NCBI RefSeq assembly: GCF_001194135.2
Contig: NC_068994.1
Location: forward strand, 19,306,770 to 19,363,582
Length of the DNA: 56,813 nt
Direction: 5' to 3'
DNA from: Octopus bimaculoides
Lineage: Eukaryota
Below are positions 22,381 to 35,846 of this stretch, in pieces. The position numbers and the translations under genes are program-made. Below the pieces are notes generated by a model, which was not told where the DNA came from, made no database searches, and was given only the letters and a program-made list of their open reading frames with translations. Within the stretch, counting starts at the first letter, position 1, and each line of letters starts with the position of its first letter.

Positions 22381-25349
22381 GAGGTAGTGTAAAGCTCTGG
22401 TAATAGAGGTTGTTTGAATGGAAAAATTGTAAGACAGATCTGATACTTTGCAATTGATAAAAAAAAAGTGCAAATATATAATAAAAATCCATATATATTT
22501 TACTGAACGTAGCACTTCTAGATATTACATAAAGTACTCTCAATAAATGAAATTAAAACCAACAGTGCTCATAGCCAAAACACATGAAGCTATGCTCAAT
22601 TATGCAGTAAGAGCATGCAATAAAAATAAGACTACTGGAATGATGATGATGATGATAATAATAATAATAATAATAATAATAATCTTTCTATCAGACCACA
22701 AATAATAATAAAATAACAATAATGACATCAGCAGGTTTTTCTTTTCATATATATCTATTTATATACACTTTTTTTGCAATCAATATTCACTTAATTCAGT
22801 TTATTGTTGGCTAATATAGTGCTACAATGAAATTATGAACTGACATGCTGGCTTATAGAGCTAAAAACCATTGATAAAAAGATATTGATTTTAATGCTGT
22901 GAATAATGAAAACATTGATCTTTGGCTCACTAGCACAAATATCTTGTGTAAATATTATGCATGTTTTGTTTTTGTTATTCTTTGATATTTTAATTGCTTT
23001 TCTAAATGAATTTTTTTTAAAAATCAAGACATAAACACATTAAACATTCCAACAGACTTAGATAAGCATTTAATAAAATGACTTCTTCACTTTTATTTTT
23101 TCATGTCTTCTTTTCTTTTGTTTTCTTTACTCTTTGAGTCCACAAATATGAATAATCTAATCTAAATGTATCATTACATTTTGCAGCAGATTAATCTGAA
23201 TGTGACACAGGGCAAATGTTGATACGGAGCATGCATTAGCATACTACTGAGGTTGATGATGATATAGCTGTTCTTATTAATCCCAAGTATTAAATGCAAA
23301 ATGATTGCTTATAGTGCTGGCCCCTAACTCCAGTTTCATGGTGTTATGCAGATGAGATAGCATGCCAGTCTATTGTGGCTATTACTCCTAGATGACCCAA
23401 TAGCTGTTCTGACTTCTAAGTGAGCCTAGGCATATAAGATTAGGTGTCCTGCCTCAATATTCAATGAAAATAATACATGAAAATATGAAAATAATGCATG
23501 CCACAAATTATCCACTTGGCCTACTGAATGAACAAGAGAATAGAAAACTTTGCTTTGTTTAATATGTCTGTCTCCAACACCAAACTATTCAATATTTTCT
23601 CCAAATGCACATTTCCCCAGATATCTTAGTCACACGAGAAGTGGAATTTATCATCCATTGTGAATAAAATGCTTATTAACAAGGCTATGAAGTTTGAAGT
23701 GATATTTTATAAATAGAATGTCTCATTAATTATAACATTTTTCTGAAGTTATTAGGATATTCAAATATAAAATGTTTTTGTTTTTTGTTTCTGCTGATTA
23801 TAGATATACAGGATAAAAAGGAAGAAAATCCGCATATTAATTGGAAGACATTATATACTGCAATATATGTAAAGAATTCTGTGAATGCATGTCTTTTTCA
23901 TTCAGCTGAAAGTTGTAAGGGCAATGAAATTCACAACCACATTATTCTAAATGTGAGACTGGCAGTAACATATTTATTCACTTAATATATTGCATGACAA
24001 AACAGAAATCCAAAAGTTTCTAAAGAGAACTATGAGAGGGATAAAAGCGTGTAACTGCTTTCCTGGTGTGAATATATCATTTGGTAATGCAGTGCTTTCA
24101 TTGAGAAACTTCTTGTTACTCTAAACAACAGTAGGTATTAAGCATAGGAGTATGTAAGTGGATATTGCATAGCATTCAAGATAGTTTCCTTGTGGTTCTG
24201 GTTTGGGTACAGCCATGGTCACTGATATACAAATTATAACAGTAATGAGTTTTTCAGAGCATAATATTTTGTCAAAAGATGTATAGTTGTTTTATTCAAT
24301 CATAGTATATAACTGATACTTACAACAAGTCTGGATAGTAGAAAGACTACATATATATGAATTATTCTAAAAAAGAGTTACATAAAAGATTCTAAAACAA
24401 ATATATTTTTCATATAATTTCACAAATAGCTCACACAATTTCTTAACCATGATTGATTTTATCTTGTTTTCTTCAGCTTTCAAATTTTAATTATAGAAAA
24501 GAAAAAAAATTCCAATGCTGGAAGATAAACGCTGCTGAAGTACCAGACTGTAAATATCAAGTTCAAATATCTGTATCAGTACACATTACACCCCTTATGA
24601 AAAGTACAATCCTCTACTTGCTGGAAAATAGCTATCACCTCTATTTTACAGTTCACTGGCTAGCATAAGGAAGTGCATCCAACTGTAAATGTATATTAAT
24701 GCAATATAATACACAACTTATATACAATCAATAAAAAAAACAACTATTTAGATTTTACAATGGAAAATGTTGGTGATAAAAAAGAGCACATTAATGAATA
24801 TTAAGTCAACTAAGAGTTTCACAAACAGAATCAACACACAATAAAACAAAGTTAAATAGTTGACAAGAAAATCAGCAAGTTTAGCATTAAGATTTTGGTG
24901 AATTTACATAAACGTTTTGCATAGACATTTTCTGTGTCCACCATAGAAACTTTCTTTTAGTCAAAAAACATTTTAAAAATACCAAATAAAACTATGCTTT
25001 TTTTTTATGTTTACATTTTCAGTAGAACATCTGGAGCCAGTATATGGTAGTGCATCAATCATTAAGTTATCCATTAGACTAAAAGCTTTTTGCCTCATTG
25101 CTAAGGAAGCAATAGTTGTCAATGTTTTTCAAAGCAATACACAGAGGCTAATTTGTCCATTATTATTTTGTATCAATTTCAAAATATTGACATTTCTTCA
25201 CGATATAAAGGGAACAGGCAAAAAGAATAAAAATGGTTACATACATTAATAACATTTTTGCTGTTACTGTCTCCACATACTCCCTTGCAGATATCCCTGA
25301 ATCCATGAAAGTGTGTGTGTGTGTGTGTGTGTGTGTCTCCTTGTCTTGA

Positions 25350-25565
25350 CATTGGGTGATAGTTGTAAATGAGTGTCACTGCCATACAAGCAGCACCATT
25401 CATTTTGAATATTCTGTGAATACAAGCATGGCCATGGGAAATATTACCTTGCTTAGGTGGTGCTTGGAGACAGGAAGAGCACCCAGCCAGAGAAAATCAG
25501 CCTCAATATACACTGTCCAACCAATGCAAGCAGGGAAAAGAGGATGTTAAAAAAATGATGCTGAT
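25350..25565 (+). mobile_element. Short retroelement ending in the RTE-type tail
   Basis: caggaagagcacccagccagagaaaatc...ccaaccaatgcaagcagggaaaagaggatgttaaa...tgatgctgat resembles the RTE tail at 40921-41148. Confidence 0.55.
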
Positions 25566-25603
25566 AAATGAAGAAGAGTTAATTGATGGAGAGTGTGGTG
25601 GTT

Positions 25604-26187
25604 NNNNNNNNNNNNNNNNNNNNNNNNNNNNNNNNNNNNNNNNNNNNNNNNNNNNNNNNNNNNNNNNNNNNNNNNNNNNNNNNNNNNNNNNNNNNNNNNN
25701 NNNNNNNNNNNNNNNNNNNNNNNNNNNNNNNNNNNNNNNNNNNNNNNNNNNNNNNNNNNNNNNNNNNNNNNNNNNNNNNNNNNNNNNNNNNNNNNNNNNN
25801 NNNNNNNNNNNNNNNNNNNNNNNNNNNNNNNNNNNNNNNNNNNNNNNNNNNNNNNNNNNNNNNNNNNNNNNNNNNNNNNNNNNNNNNNNNNNNNNNNNNN
25901 NNNNNNNNNNNNNNNNNNNNNNNNNNNNNNNNNNNNNNNNNNNNNNNNNNNNNNNNNNNNNNNNNNNNNNNNNNNNNNNNNNNNNNNNNNNNNNNNNNNN
26001 NNNNNNNNNNNNNNNNNNNNNNNNNNNNNNNNNNNNNNNNNNNNNNNNNNNNNNNNNNNNNNNNNNNNNNNNNNNNNNNNNNNNNNNNNNNNNNNNNNNN
26101 NNNNNNNNNNNNNNNNNNNNNNNNNNNNNNNNNNNNNNNNNNNNNNNNNNNNNNNNNNNNNNNNNNNNNNNNNNNNNNNNNNNNNNN
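25604..26187. other. Assembly gap (N run)
   Basis: Run of n characters. Confidence 0.99.
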
Positions 26188-27089
26188 GATATAACAACAA
26201 CTATGGTGTCCACCAATCTTCCTTGCCATCTTTGTTCATGCCTGTTTTATATAAAGGTTGGCCTTCTCAGTAATCAAAACCAATCAAGAGAAAATTGAAA
26301 TTCTCAGACATGAGGAACAGCCAATGTTGATATTACACACACAAACAAATTTCCACAAAATAATGAAATAAAAATGGCAAATCTATTAACCATGTCTATT
26401 TCTTCCAGCTACTGAACTCACAGTTTATTCCTTTAGTACAATTTCAAAGAAAATAAAAAGAATAAATAATTTTAGCATTCAGCCACTTTAATTAAGTGTA
26501 AACTAACTTTCTCTCTCAATATTAAAAAAAAATTGAAACTTGTAAAAAGCTTGACAAATTAAAATATTTACACAGAGTCTAAGGTAGTAAATTAAGATGT
26601 AAACAAGTAACTTACAGTCATTGCACTTGAGAAAGATTGATGCCAACAAGTGACAGAGTCAACATATTTACTCTCTGCTTAACTTCTAACACCATTCTAT
26701 ACTCACACATACACCCACTCTCACTCACTACCCCACTCCCACACATCTGCCCTTTCCTCATTACCTGTCACACAACTCTTTACAAACCTTTCTTTTCTTC
26801 ACTCATGCAGAACCCAAAGTCTACACATGAGCAGGCTTTTTATCTTCAGACTTTTTCTCAATAGTTATCTACAACAATATATAGAATGGTACCAAGGTTT
26901 CTCTCATCTTCAACAATGGCAACACTCATTGACTTGTTGCTTTTGCTCACTTCTAGAAGCTTCTTGTGAAATAACTCTATTGCAATTTAGATAACTTAGA
27001 TATGGGTTGGCCAAAGACTGGTACAGGACATGTCTAACTTAATAGCACCACCTGAGAGGATCTCTGAGGTCACAAATGATGCAGTGCCC

Positions 27090-27640
27090 ATGGTGGCACT
27101 GGAGAGAATAAAGTTTCAATGTTTTAAGTTGGTCCCAATAATCAAGATCAGTCATGTCTTTCAATTTTATTTTTACTAATTGCTCTCTGGAGTGACTCAA
27201 TTCTCATAATGTTTTGTTTGGTGTGGCTGTACTGAGAAGAAAAGGGAAATAACATCATCTTGCTCTTTGGGTCAGAAAATTTTGGGCATCCAGGAACTCA
27301 TCCTGCAAGCCATATCGACCTTATTGATAATGTGAACACTCCAACAATCACTCCTAAGTTCCTGACATTATTGGATGCTGTGAGTAGTTCCCCAGAAGGA
27401 AAAGGATATGGTTGTTTGAGCATATTTTTTTTTCCAGAGTGCATGAGTTCAAATTTCCCCTCATTTAACTGCATGTTGTTTTTGTCTGCTATTGGCTTAC
27501 AGCATGTAGATCAGACTGGAGCTCAGTTCAATCTTCTTCTTCATTGATAATCTTCTGGAGCTTGAAATCATCTGTGAATATTTTTATCTTGCTGTTTGGT
27601 GATGCTTGAGATGTCATAACACATATTTTATTAATGATGG
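27090..27640 (-). pseudogene. Degenerate CR1/L2-group LINE reverse-transcriptase fragment
   Basis: Minus-strand peptides KIKIFTDDFKL (FADD motif), LQSDLHAV, NNMQLNEGKFELMHSGK, VRNLGVIV, IESLQRAI, DYWDQLKTLKLYSLQ; many stops and frameshifts. Confidence 0.85.
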
Positions 27641-27739
27641 TGTAACTTGGGGGTTCAGTTTTTTGACCCATCCAGACTTCCTTCGGTACATAATCTTCAC
27701 CATCCAGTAGCCTTTTTTTCAGACAGGTCTTATCTACAA

Positions 27740-28030
27740 GACTAAATGAACAGTACCTAACGAGAAGCTTTGAAAATACAAGATCTCACTATCTCTGATG
27801 ACTTTCATGTTGACAACAGGACAATAACAGCCAAAACTGCACATCAAAGACTAGAATTCTAATCTAGGGTCAGAAAATGCATTAACACGGCCTTCTACAC
27901 AGTAGAAGTTTAAACCATAAGATTAAAGCACTGCTCACATATCTGGATGCAGCAGCTTTACATCAACATTTATAAGAAAATATTACAGATTTACATCCAA
28001 AAAATAGATATCTTATTGATTAGTAAACCT
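27740..28030 (+). pseudogene. Highly degenerate RTE-like RT C-terminal fragment
   Basis: LTISDDFHVDNRTITAKTAHQRL resembles T(L/I)S.D..ID.E...RI.KA..AF.RL, with a weak continuation. Confidence 0.4.
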
Positions 28031-28532
28031 TCAATGACCAATAATACTTTGTGGATACACTGTTTGTACTCTACCTTTTCTATTATTATTACATTGTTTC
28101 TCAGAACTAGCAAGTTATGAAGGCACCTGTCAATGCCTACTTGATGTACCCACCATTTGTGCTATAGCCATGCCTTCTATGGTTTTTCCACTATAAACCC
28201 TGTATAATATATTCCATTCAGCCAGGAATATAATTGACCAATTGACACAGTCAGATTGACATATACAAACACATATGAACTACATCATACACATAAACAC
28301 ATACATCTAAAGGAAAATAATATTAAAAATATGATAAAAGGGTGCCAGACAAAGACAAAGAAGACAGAATAGACAGGAGACAAAAGACAGGAAGAGGAAT
28401 AGGAGATGCTGAGAATAAAAACAAGCACTCAGACACAAAGAAGAGTAATAGAGGTAGCAAACAGGGAGACAAGACAAATATATGAAGAAGAAAAAAAACT
28501 GCAGACAGACAGATATAGGGAGGTAATGAATA

Positions 28533-28533
28533 T

Positions 28534-28630
<97 letters not shown>

Positions 28631-28636
28631 GGAGAG
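28533..28636. repeat. (GA)n microsatellite
   Basis: Read directly; source of the poly-RE and poly-SL ORFs. Confidence 0.97.
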
Positions 28637-29782
28637 AGTATTGGTGCCAGCTTGCTAGTAAGCATTATCTAGAGTCAAAGACTATAGAAAATACTAATAT
28701 TAGGCTGAATATAAATATTGCTAAATTTAGAAGGCAGATGCAACAGACAGAGATGCTATTCTTGCCAGTTATAGTAATACAATAGTGCATATAAATTGAA
28801 TGAGTGAAAAGCTATCATAAATTCTTTCTATGTTTATATCATTATATTCTTGGATCTCCTGGATTTGTACATTATAATTGTAATAGACAAACTGCAAGCA
28901 GCCTTCTGAAAGTGTTATGACTGCATATTTCATTATTTAGGCTATATTGTAACCTAGCAAAGGGCCTCAACATTCCCTGTCCCACCTCCAAAAAAATGCA
29001 AAGTAGGAATAAAAAATGAAAAATAAGAGTGACTCAGTAATGGAATATTGACCAAACTAAAAATAGATTGCTATTGTTTAGGATCAAGTCAAACACGACC
29101 AAATAGTCACTGTGATCAAAAGCTGTAACTGTCTTTGTTGTTGTTGTTAACAGAGTAATTAGAACTACATTATCCAATACTTTGCTTTTTCAAGATGATA
29201 GGATACATCAGGGAAATTTCATTGCTATTGCATTGACTTAGGAATTTATGTGTTGTTTGGTGATCTATAATGCTGAAATGAAATTTTTTCAGGAAAGAAA
29301 AGAAATTAATGGTGGGAAAATCCTTCAACATGATGTTATTTGATAATCTTGATTTAAGGACAAGACTTGTTAATGAAAGAAAGGGGCTTAGTTCGTCTAT
29401 GCTTGCATTTTTCACATTTGTTATAATTATAACAAGCATTGCAAAGGAAAAATGGCCAAATATGATATTGGTCTATTTATTCATAGACTGAGGGTTCAAA
29501 TCTGCTGTGAACATTTCATTGCTTTCGGGCAGAGTATTTGAAAATATTATGATGATGAATTATCATCCAATCCAGTGAAAAAAATTTATCTACTATACGA
29601 TTTTTTTTTCCCTTTCTTTTTCTTCATGAAAGCAATGTTGAAGACCAAGACCATGCTAAAACTTCAGAAGCAGTTACTTTACATTACATATCACACATCA
29701 ATAACCAATTCTGCATTAAATGTTACCATCAGTGATATAAAATGTTGTTCAGTGTAGTTGTAATTGAGTAGGAAATGCTTAC

Positions 29783-29888
29783 TGGTAACAAAAGCCATGA
29801 ATTCAAGTCCTACATTTGACACTTCAATAATACACTTTCCTTGTCTGTTTTCTTTAGTGGAGAATTCACCATCATTTTCCATTTCACA
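29783..29888 (-). CDS. Weak candidate exon (CEMENDGEFSTKENRQGKCIIEVSNVGLEFMAFVT), phase 0 to 1
   Basis: Good donor CCA|GTAAGC and a protein-like peptide, but the only usable acceptor is a weak AAG. Confidence 0.2.
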
Positions 29889-31516
29889 CTTGAGTAGTTG
29901 TAGTTAAAAGACAGCTGATGGTAAAACACTTATATTGAAACTGAAGCAAATTTATGAATTTGCAGATCTAACTCAATTACTATGTTTAAAATGATTTCAC
30001 AACAGCAATATAGTTAGTGTAGAAATATTTTTGATAAATTCAATTCCACACAAAATTTAAAGAAACAATTCAATATCTTATTGTTCTGAGTTCAAATCTC
30101 ACTGGAATAGACTCCCCTCTCTGAGTGAAAAATATAATGGAGATAATTCAATCCATTTTATTCCAACTTACTTTCTAAAGTAACCATTTTTTGTTAATGC
30201 TAAAAGAAATCATTATCTCAATACTAGCAACTGAAATGAAAAATAACCTTTTAACAAGAACATCTCCACCCCAAAGTGCTGCAAATAATGCTTGAAGATA
30301 CTGGTAACATTGCAAGATTTACAACACAAACCCAAATTTGGAATCTTGATAAAATGAAAATAAATTTCTAAAACTTATAATAAAAAAATTAAATGTATCA
30401 TTAGGAGGAGAGTTATTGATGTCAGGAGATATTTTTACAGTGTCAACAAAATTTAATAGTAGTTGTACTCCAAAGAACTCTATGTGAAAATATTGACAGA
30501 TTTATCAGCCAGTACAGTTTACCAATATATTAAATAGTGGTTGAACATGTTACATATTATACATATTTAACAACTATAAGAGTTGATAAAATTATCTCTG
30601 TTTTCTCCAGAGTTTCATTGCCATTAAAAGTAATAATTTATTAAGAAAATAATTTATAGAAGGTAACATGCTGGTCTACTGTTTCAGGGCTGACTTTGCA
30701 TTAAAAAAAAAAGAAGAAATTCATCTTTATAATTGTTTCAAACAAATGCAGAATATCACTTATCTCTTCAAATGCCATTTTAGTTGCTTTACAGCCATGT
30801 TTCTAATAAAATACACAGCCTATGTATTTTGATTAATTCTGAAAATAATTGATACTTTTGGAGGTATTTAGTAAAATAATTAACCTTTTCATTATCAAGG
30901 GAGTGCTTAGAACATAACTTAAAACGAACTTCAATAACAGGTTTTAATTTAAATATGAACATTTCCAAGGAGTAACTTTTGTACCATAGAATCAAAGACA
31001 GTCTCATGCAAGTTGGTATTCAAATGGTTAAAACTATAGAATTACATATTTTCATCATGTTTGAGCAACTATTTATACAGCCATATACTTATATTCCCCC
31101 CCCCCCATATTTTTAAGCTTACTTGATATCTATTGTTGTAGTACCATACAAAAAGTAAATTATGTAAAACAAGTAACCAATCATCATGTCAAAGTTGCTT
31201 AAACAGATTAAGCTTGCAGAATTTGACATGAATGAATATTTCTTATAGTAACATCTACAGTTCTTTAATTATGATGCACACAAAAACAGACTGAGACTAT
31301 CACTTATAAAGACACCCATGCCAGTAAAGGAGGACATTAACTGATAAAACTGATGATGATGGTAAGGAGGAGCTGATGGATAGATAAGAGTAAACAGGGT
31401 GTGGAAATAAAATGGAATTCCACTAGACAAATATCCAGTGTTTCTATGCGTGTGACAAGGTGTGTACGTCTTTATATGTAACTTTCAATTTCAGTGTAGC
31501 ATGTTATTGTCTAGGC

Positions 31517-31898
31517 CAGTGCTCTGCAATCAGTATGCTGCAGCACACTGGTATGCCATGAAACGTTGCTAGGTGTGCTGCAGTGCAACCTGAATATACT
31601 TTCTCCACCCCCATACTTTTAGTTATATTTTTAGTTCAGGTGTGCTGCTGAATTTCAAAAAGATTACAAGAAACCAGTGGTTCTCAACCATTTTTTTACC
31701 TATGGACCCCTTTGATTCCTAGTTAACTCAACTGGACCCTGATAGCCATTTGATATTTTTAAAAATCATATTGTATTTTTACAATTAAATATTATTAGGA
31801 ATTGTATAACAGAAAATTTTTAAAATATTTTGAGTATTGTAGAAGTATAACCAATTTATTGCTGATAAATTTTAACTACAAAATCTTGAGAACCACTA
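31517..31898. mobile_element. Composite hAT MITE bounded by the 8-bp TSD gtctaggc
   Basis: gtctaggc at 31509-31516 and 31899-31906; outer ends cagtgctctgcaa and ttgagaaccacta; an internal second TIR cagtggttctcaacc starts at 31675. Confidence 0.8.
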
Positions 31899-32823
31899 GT
31901 CTAGGCAATGGAAAATTTAACATGGGTACTGAGGACAAAGAGGCAATGAGAGAGGGGTGATAGATACACCTGTACAAATTGTTTTAGTGTTTGCCTCCTA
32001 TTTGAATATTAATTTTAAGAAAGTTTTAAATGTAATACCATGACAACCTGCATGTTAGCCACAATCACAACAACAAAGACTGACACAATGACAACATAAA
32101 CGACAATAATAGACTTTGAAATGTAAATAAACAAAACCAATATCACCAATGCATGTAAAGTGTAAACAATAAATTATAGTTTAAAGGACATCATCAATAT
32201 TTGCAGGTATTTCCATACATGTAATAAAGACATCCACTGCACTTATAGCATTAGGTAGCATATTGATTTACAGTAAAAGGCTGTTAAAAGAGCATTAGTA
32301 AAAAAGAAAAAGGGGCAAGAATTAAAAAAAGGTTGAGAAGTACTCATCTATTTGTACATCTAGCTATGTTAAAATGGCAAGATACCACAGAAAAAAGAAT
32401 TGAAGTAATTATATATTATTTACATTTCTTCTAACCCTACACATACACACAGAATTGTAAAGATTCAAAATAGTTTTATCAGCTTTGAAGATTAATGAAA
32501 CAAATTTTTTAAAATTATCATTTAACAACCAGATTATAGTCTCTAATTCGCAAACATTTACACTAAGATACAATCTAATTTTTCTGATTTTTTTTTTCCT
32601 TTCAAATCAGTAATTGTGTGTATATGTTATTAAGATACTCACTGACTTCTTTCACAGTGACATTACAATACAGTCTCAGTTGATATTTAATATCTACATG
32701 TCTAGTGAATATCAATGGTGGAGACCAGCTTAAAGAGTTTAGAAAGAGAAAACATTCTGAAAGATTATATTTTTACATACCAAATTTCTTATAAAAAGGG
32801 TCTTGTGTTGTTCTCCTTATGCC

Positions 32824-32826
<3 letters not shown>

Positions 32827-32873
<47 letters not shown>
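32827..32873. repeat. (CA)n microsatellite
   Basis: Read directly. Confidence 0.95.
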
Positions 32874-32881
<8 letters not shown>

Positions 32882-33368
32882 CTGTATATATAAACTATTG
32901 CCCCTCCACCACATATAGCCTCTCCAAAATTGTAATTTTTCCTGTAAAAGTAGGTCAAGTCATCTCTGTATATGTACAAAGTGTATATGAATAAAATAAA
33001 AACAATACATTTTATGGTTGTGTTGGAGATGAAGTGAAATAGTGGAGCAGTAATCAATGGACAAGATGTTTCTCTGTTTATTAAAGTACAACACTACCTC
33101 ACATTGTACATGGATTTATTTCTTCAACCTAAAGTAGTTAACCTCTCTTATATCACAGTTGAGCAATTTGTTGTAGAAAGGGGGGGTCTACAGATGAAAA
33201 ACAAATGAACTTTCTAATTATATTGAAAAGTTTGTTTATTTTATTATTTGTGTATGTGTGAGTGTGTGTTGATGGATACCTTCTTTATAGTTGAACCAAG
33301 GAAACTTTTACATAGTCACTTGACCAGCAAGACATAGTAGCCATATCCTCCAGCGTGTGTGAATATAA

Positions 33369-33857
33369 AATTGAAGAAATTGGAGTCAACAAGAAGGAGT
33401 ATAGGTGGACAGTTATTTTTTAATCGCTACAACTGTTTCAATGCAATGCAGTTCTCCAAGAATACAGGTATTTGATTATACAACCGTTTGTATAATGAGA
33501 TCTAGTTGTTTCCTCAGGCAATATGCAAGTGTTGTCTCCATTAATTTAAAATTGTCAACTTCAAGGCCATCCCCTCTGTCCAAACACATTCTGGCAGCAC
33601 ACACCATGAGTCTATCAGCTACTACTAAATTCAAACCAAGACGGACGGAGGGGATGGCCTTGAAGTCTACGATTTTAAACTAATGGAGACAACACTTGCA
33701 TATTGCCTGAGGAAACACAACTAGATCTCATTATGCAAACAAACAGTTGTATAATCAAATACCTGTATTCTTCGAGAACTACACTGCATTGAAACAATTG
33801 TAGTGATTAAAAAATAACTGTCCAACCGTACTTCTTCTTGTTGACTTCAATTTCTTC

Positions 33858-33861
<4 letters not shown>
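33369..33861. mobile_element. Foldback/palindromic MITE with ~213-bp arms and a ~61-bp spacer
   Basis: 33369-33581 is the reverse complement of 33643-33861 with scattered mismatches (for example ggccatcccctctgtcc / ggacggaggggatggcc); TA-rich flanks. Confidence 0.9.
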
Positions 33862-33902
<41 letters not shown>

Positions 33903-35706
33903 TATATATACACATACATACATACATACATACATATACAGTATATATGCCTTACCAGCATGGAATACAATGTTGAATGATGATCATCATCATGCTGTGC
34001 AATAACATTCTCCTTTTCATAATCATAAAATGTTTATTAAATTCAACTGTAGAGAGTAAATGTATTCTGAATAGTGAAGGAGCTGATTAATCATTATTGA
34101 TATGCAGCACTTGTAGATAAAAAGAACCTCCCTGTACTGGGATACTCACTACTGCTAATAAAGGACAGAAGTACAGCAACTGACATATTCTTACTAAGTC
34201 CACCTTGCCTCAGTTGTGGCAATTACTAGAATGCACTGAATGTTGGGAGAAAAAAAACCCAACCAGTTCAGACAACCATAGATTTACTTTATGCAACAAA
34301 TGATGCCAGTTAGTATTTACAACAATAAGCAAGCACTCACTTAAGTGAAGTCGTGATACACTAAGAGCAAGATGGTACCTAGCTATGCAAGTAATTTGTT
34401 TATGGGCCTTAAGTCTGCTCGATCATGATTAACCAGAGGGCTAAACAATAAAGTTGGAAAGTGTATATTCACAGAGGTATGAAGTCTGCATGAACAAAGA
34501 ATAATATAAAGAAGGTTGGAAAATGACAAAAATGTGTCTCTTGAAGTCAGAAACATAATACACTGAGGCAAGCAATATAAACAAACAAATAAACAATCTG
34601 TTCAAATGTACATCATCTTATTTATGTACACACTTTTCAAGTAGACATCTCAATAAAACAATATAATATAGAAAACAAAAATTTAAAAGGTAACTGTACC
34701 CCCACCCCCTGCATTACATCCATCTAGAGAGAATAAGAAAGCTTCAATGAAGCTTTTCTCTTAGAAACAATGATTTTGTTGATAGTGAGATTTTAGGTAC
34801 ATCACAAAATATATTATCAACTTGGTTTTGTGGCATACTACGAGAAGGATCATGTACAATCTTAAGAAATTAGCAACATGAAACAAAGAAAAAGCAAATT
34901 CAGTGAGATACAAAATCACTATAGTAACAGAAAAAGGAAAGTCTATAAGTACCAATAATATTGAAACAAAACAAGAACAGCTTCCTTAATAAAGATTGGA
35001 GTTCTTATACAACTTTTAATTGATGATAGTAAGTTTCTTCAGAAAAAACTAGGGCTTTTATGTATTTATTTTTAAAAAGAAAGATTAGAAGAAATCTAAG
35101 CAGAATAGAGATGTCAGTGCAGATAACCTACTTTCCCTAAAATGCAATGAAAACAAAGCTGCATATAAAGTAGAAGTGACAATAAAGGAGAAACTATGTC
35201 GTATCATGGAAAGTTAAGTCATGGAACAGTGATATTATGATAAAAACTGTTGAAATTTTAATTGTGAAAAAAAAAAAAAATTGTAGAAACTCTGAAAATT
35301 TAGACATTTTCTCTTTTATCTTATATTTTATTTTGTTAACAACACAAAATAGTCTGGTTCTAAAGACTAGAATCTGTACCATTAACTAACAGGCATCTTA
35401 ACTTTTTATTTGATACCTGTTTGGCTGCTAAGTTAGTAGGATAGAAAAATAGTATCTTGATTAAGTTTTAACATCGAACCCTTGAACACATTCAGAACTT
35501 TAGCTATTCTGATTACACTAGTTGCATCCAGTCCTTCTTCATTTTAGTCCTTTCCATGTCTGGGAACAACAGAATTAACTTTGCAATCGAACAAAAACAG
35601 TTGAAAGTGGCAGACAACTAATGATAAACATCAAAATTTTGTTCTTGAAAATATCTGAAATATCTATATTAGCATGAGCCATTAATGAAATTTTTAAACA
35701 AATTAC

Positions 35707-35758
35707 CTAATTTGCTGACATAGCAGCTTAACCATTATCTTAAGTAAATCTTTACTAA
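35707..35758 (-). CDS. Candidate 52-nt exon (SKDLLKIMVKLLCQQI), phase 1 to 2
   Basis: Acceptor atatctCAG (short pyrimidine tract), donor TAG|GTAATT, open frame. Confidence 0.22.
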
Positions 35759-35780
35759 CTGAGATATATATATTCCAAGT

Positions 35781-35846
35781 TGTTGTAGGATAACATGTTG
35801 TAGGATAACTGTGTTGTAGGATAACTGTGTTGTAGGATGACATGTT
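35781..35846. repeat. 15-16-bp minisatellite (tgttgtaggataactg), about 4 copies
   Basis: Read directly. Confidence 0.9.

Noticed and set aside
22118-22543. Poly-Leu, poly-Phe and poly-Lys ORFs
   Set aside because: Produced by the (GAA)50 repeat; only the 105-nt segment between splice sites is kept as an exon candidate.
25503-26298. Six ORFs of 203-247 aa
   Set aside because: Artefacts of the second N gap.
28406-28672. Arg-Glu and Ser-Leu dipeptide ORFs
   Set aside because: Translation of a (GA)n microsatellite; no splice support.
24311-34160. 5-7-nt AG...GTRAGT microexon-like spacings near 24315 and 34150
   Set aside because: Frame-shifting lengths with no other support; cannot be told from chance.
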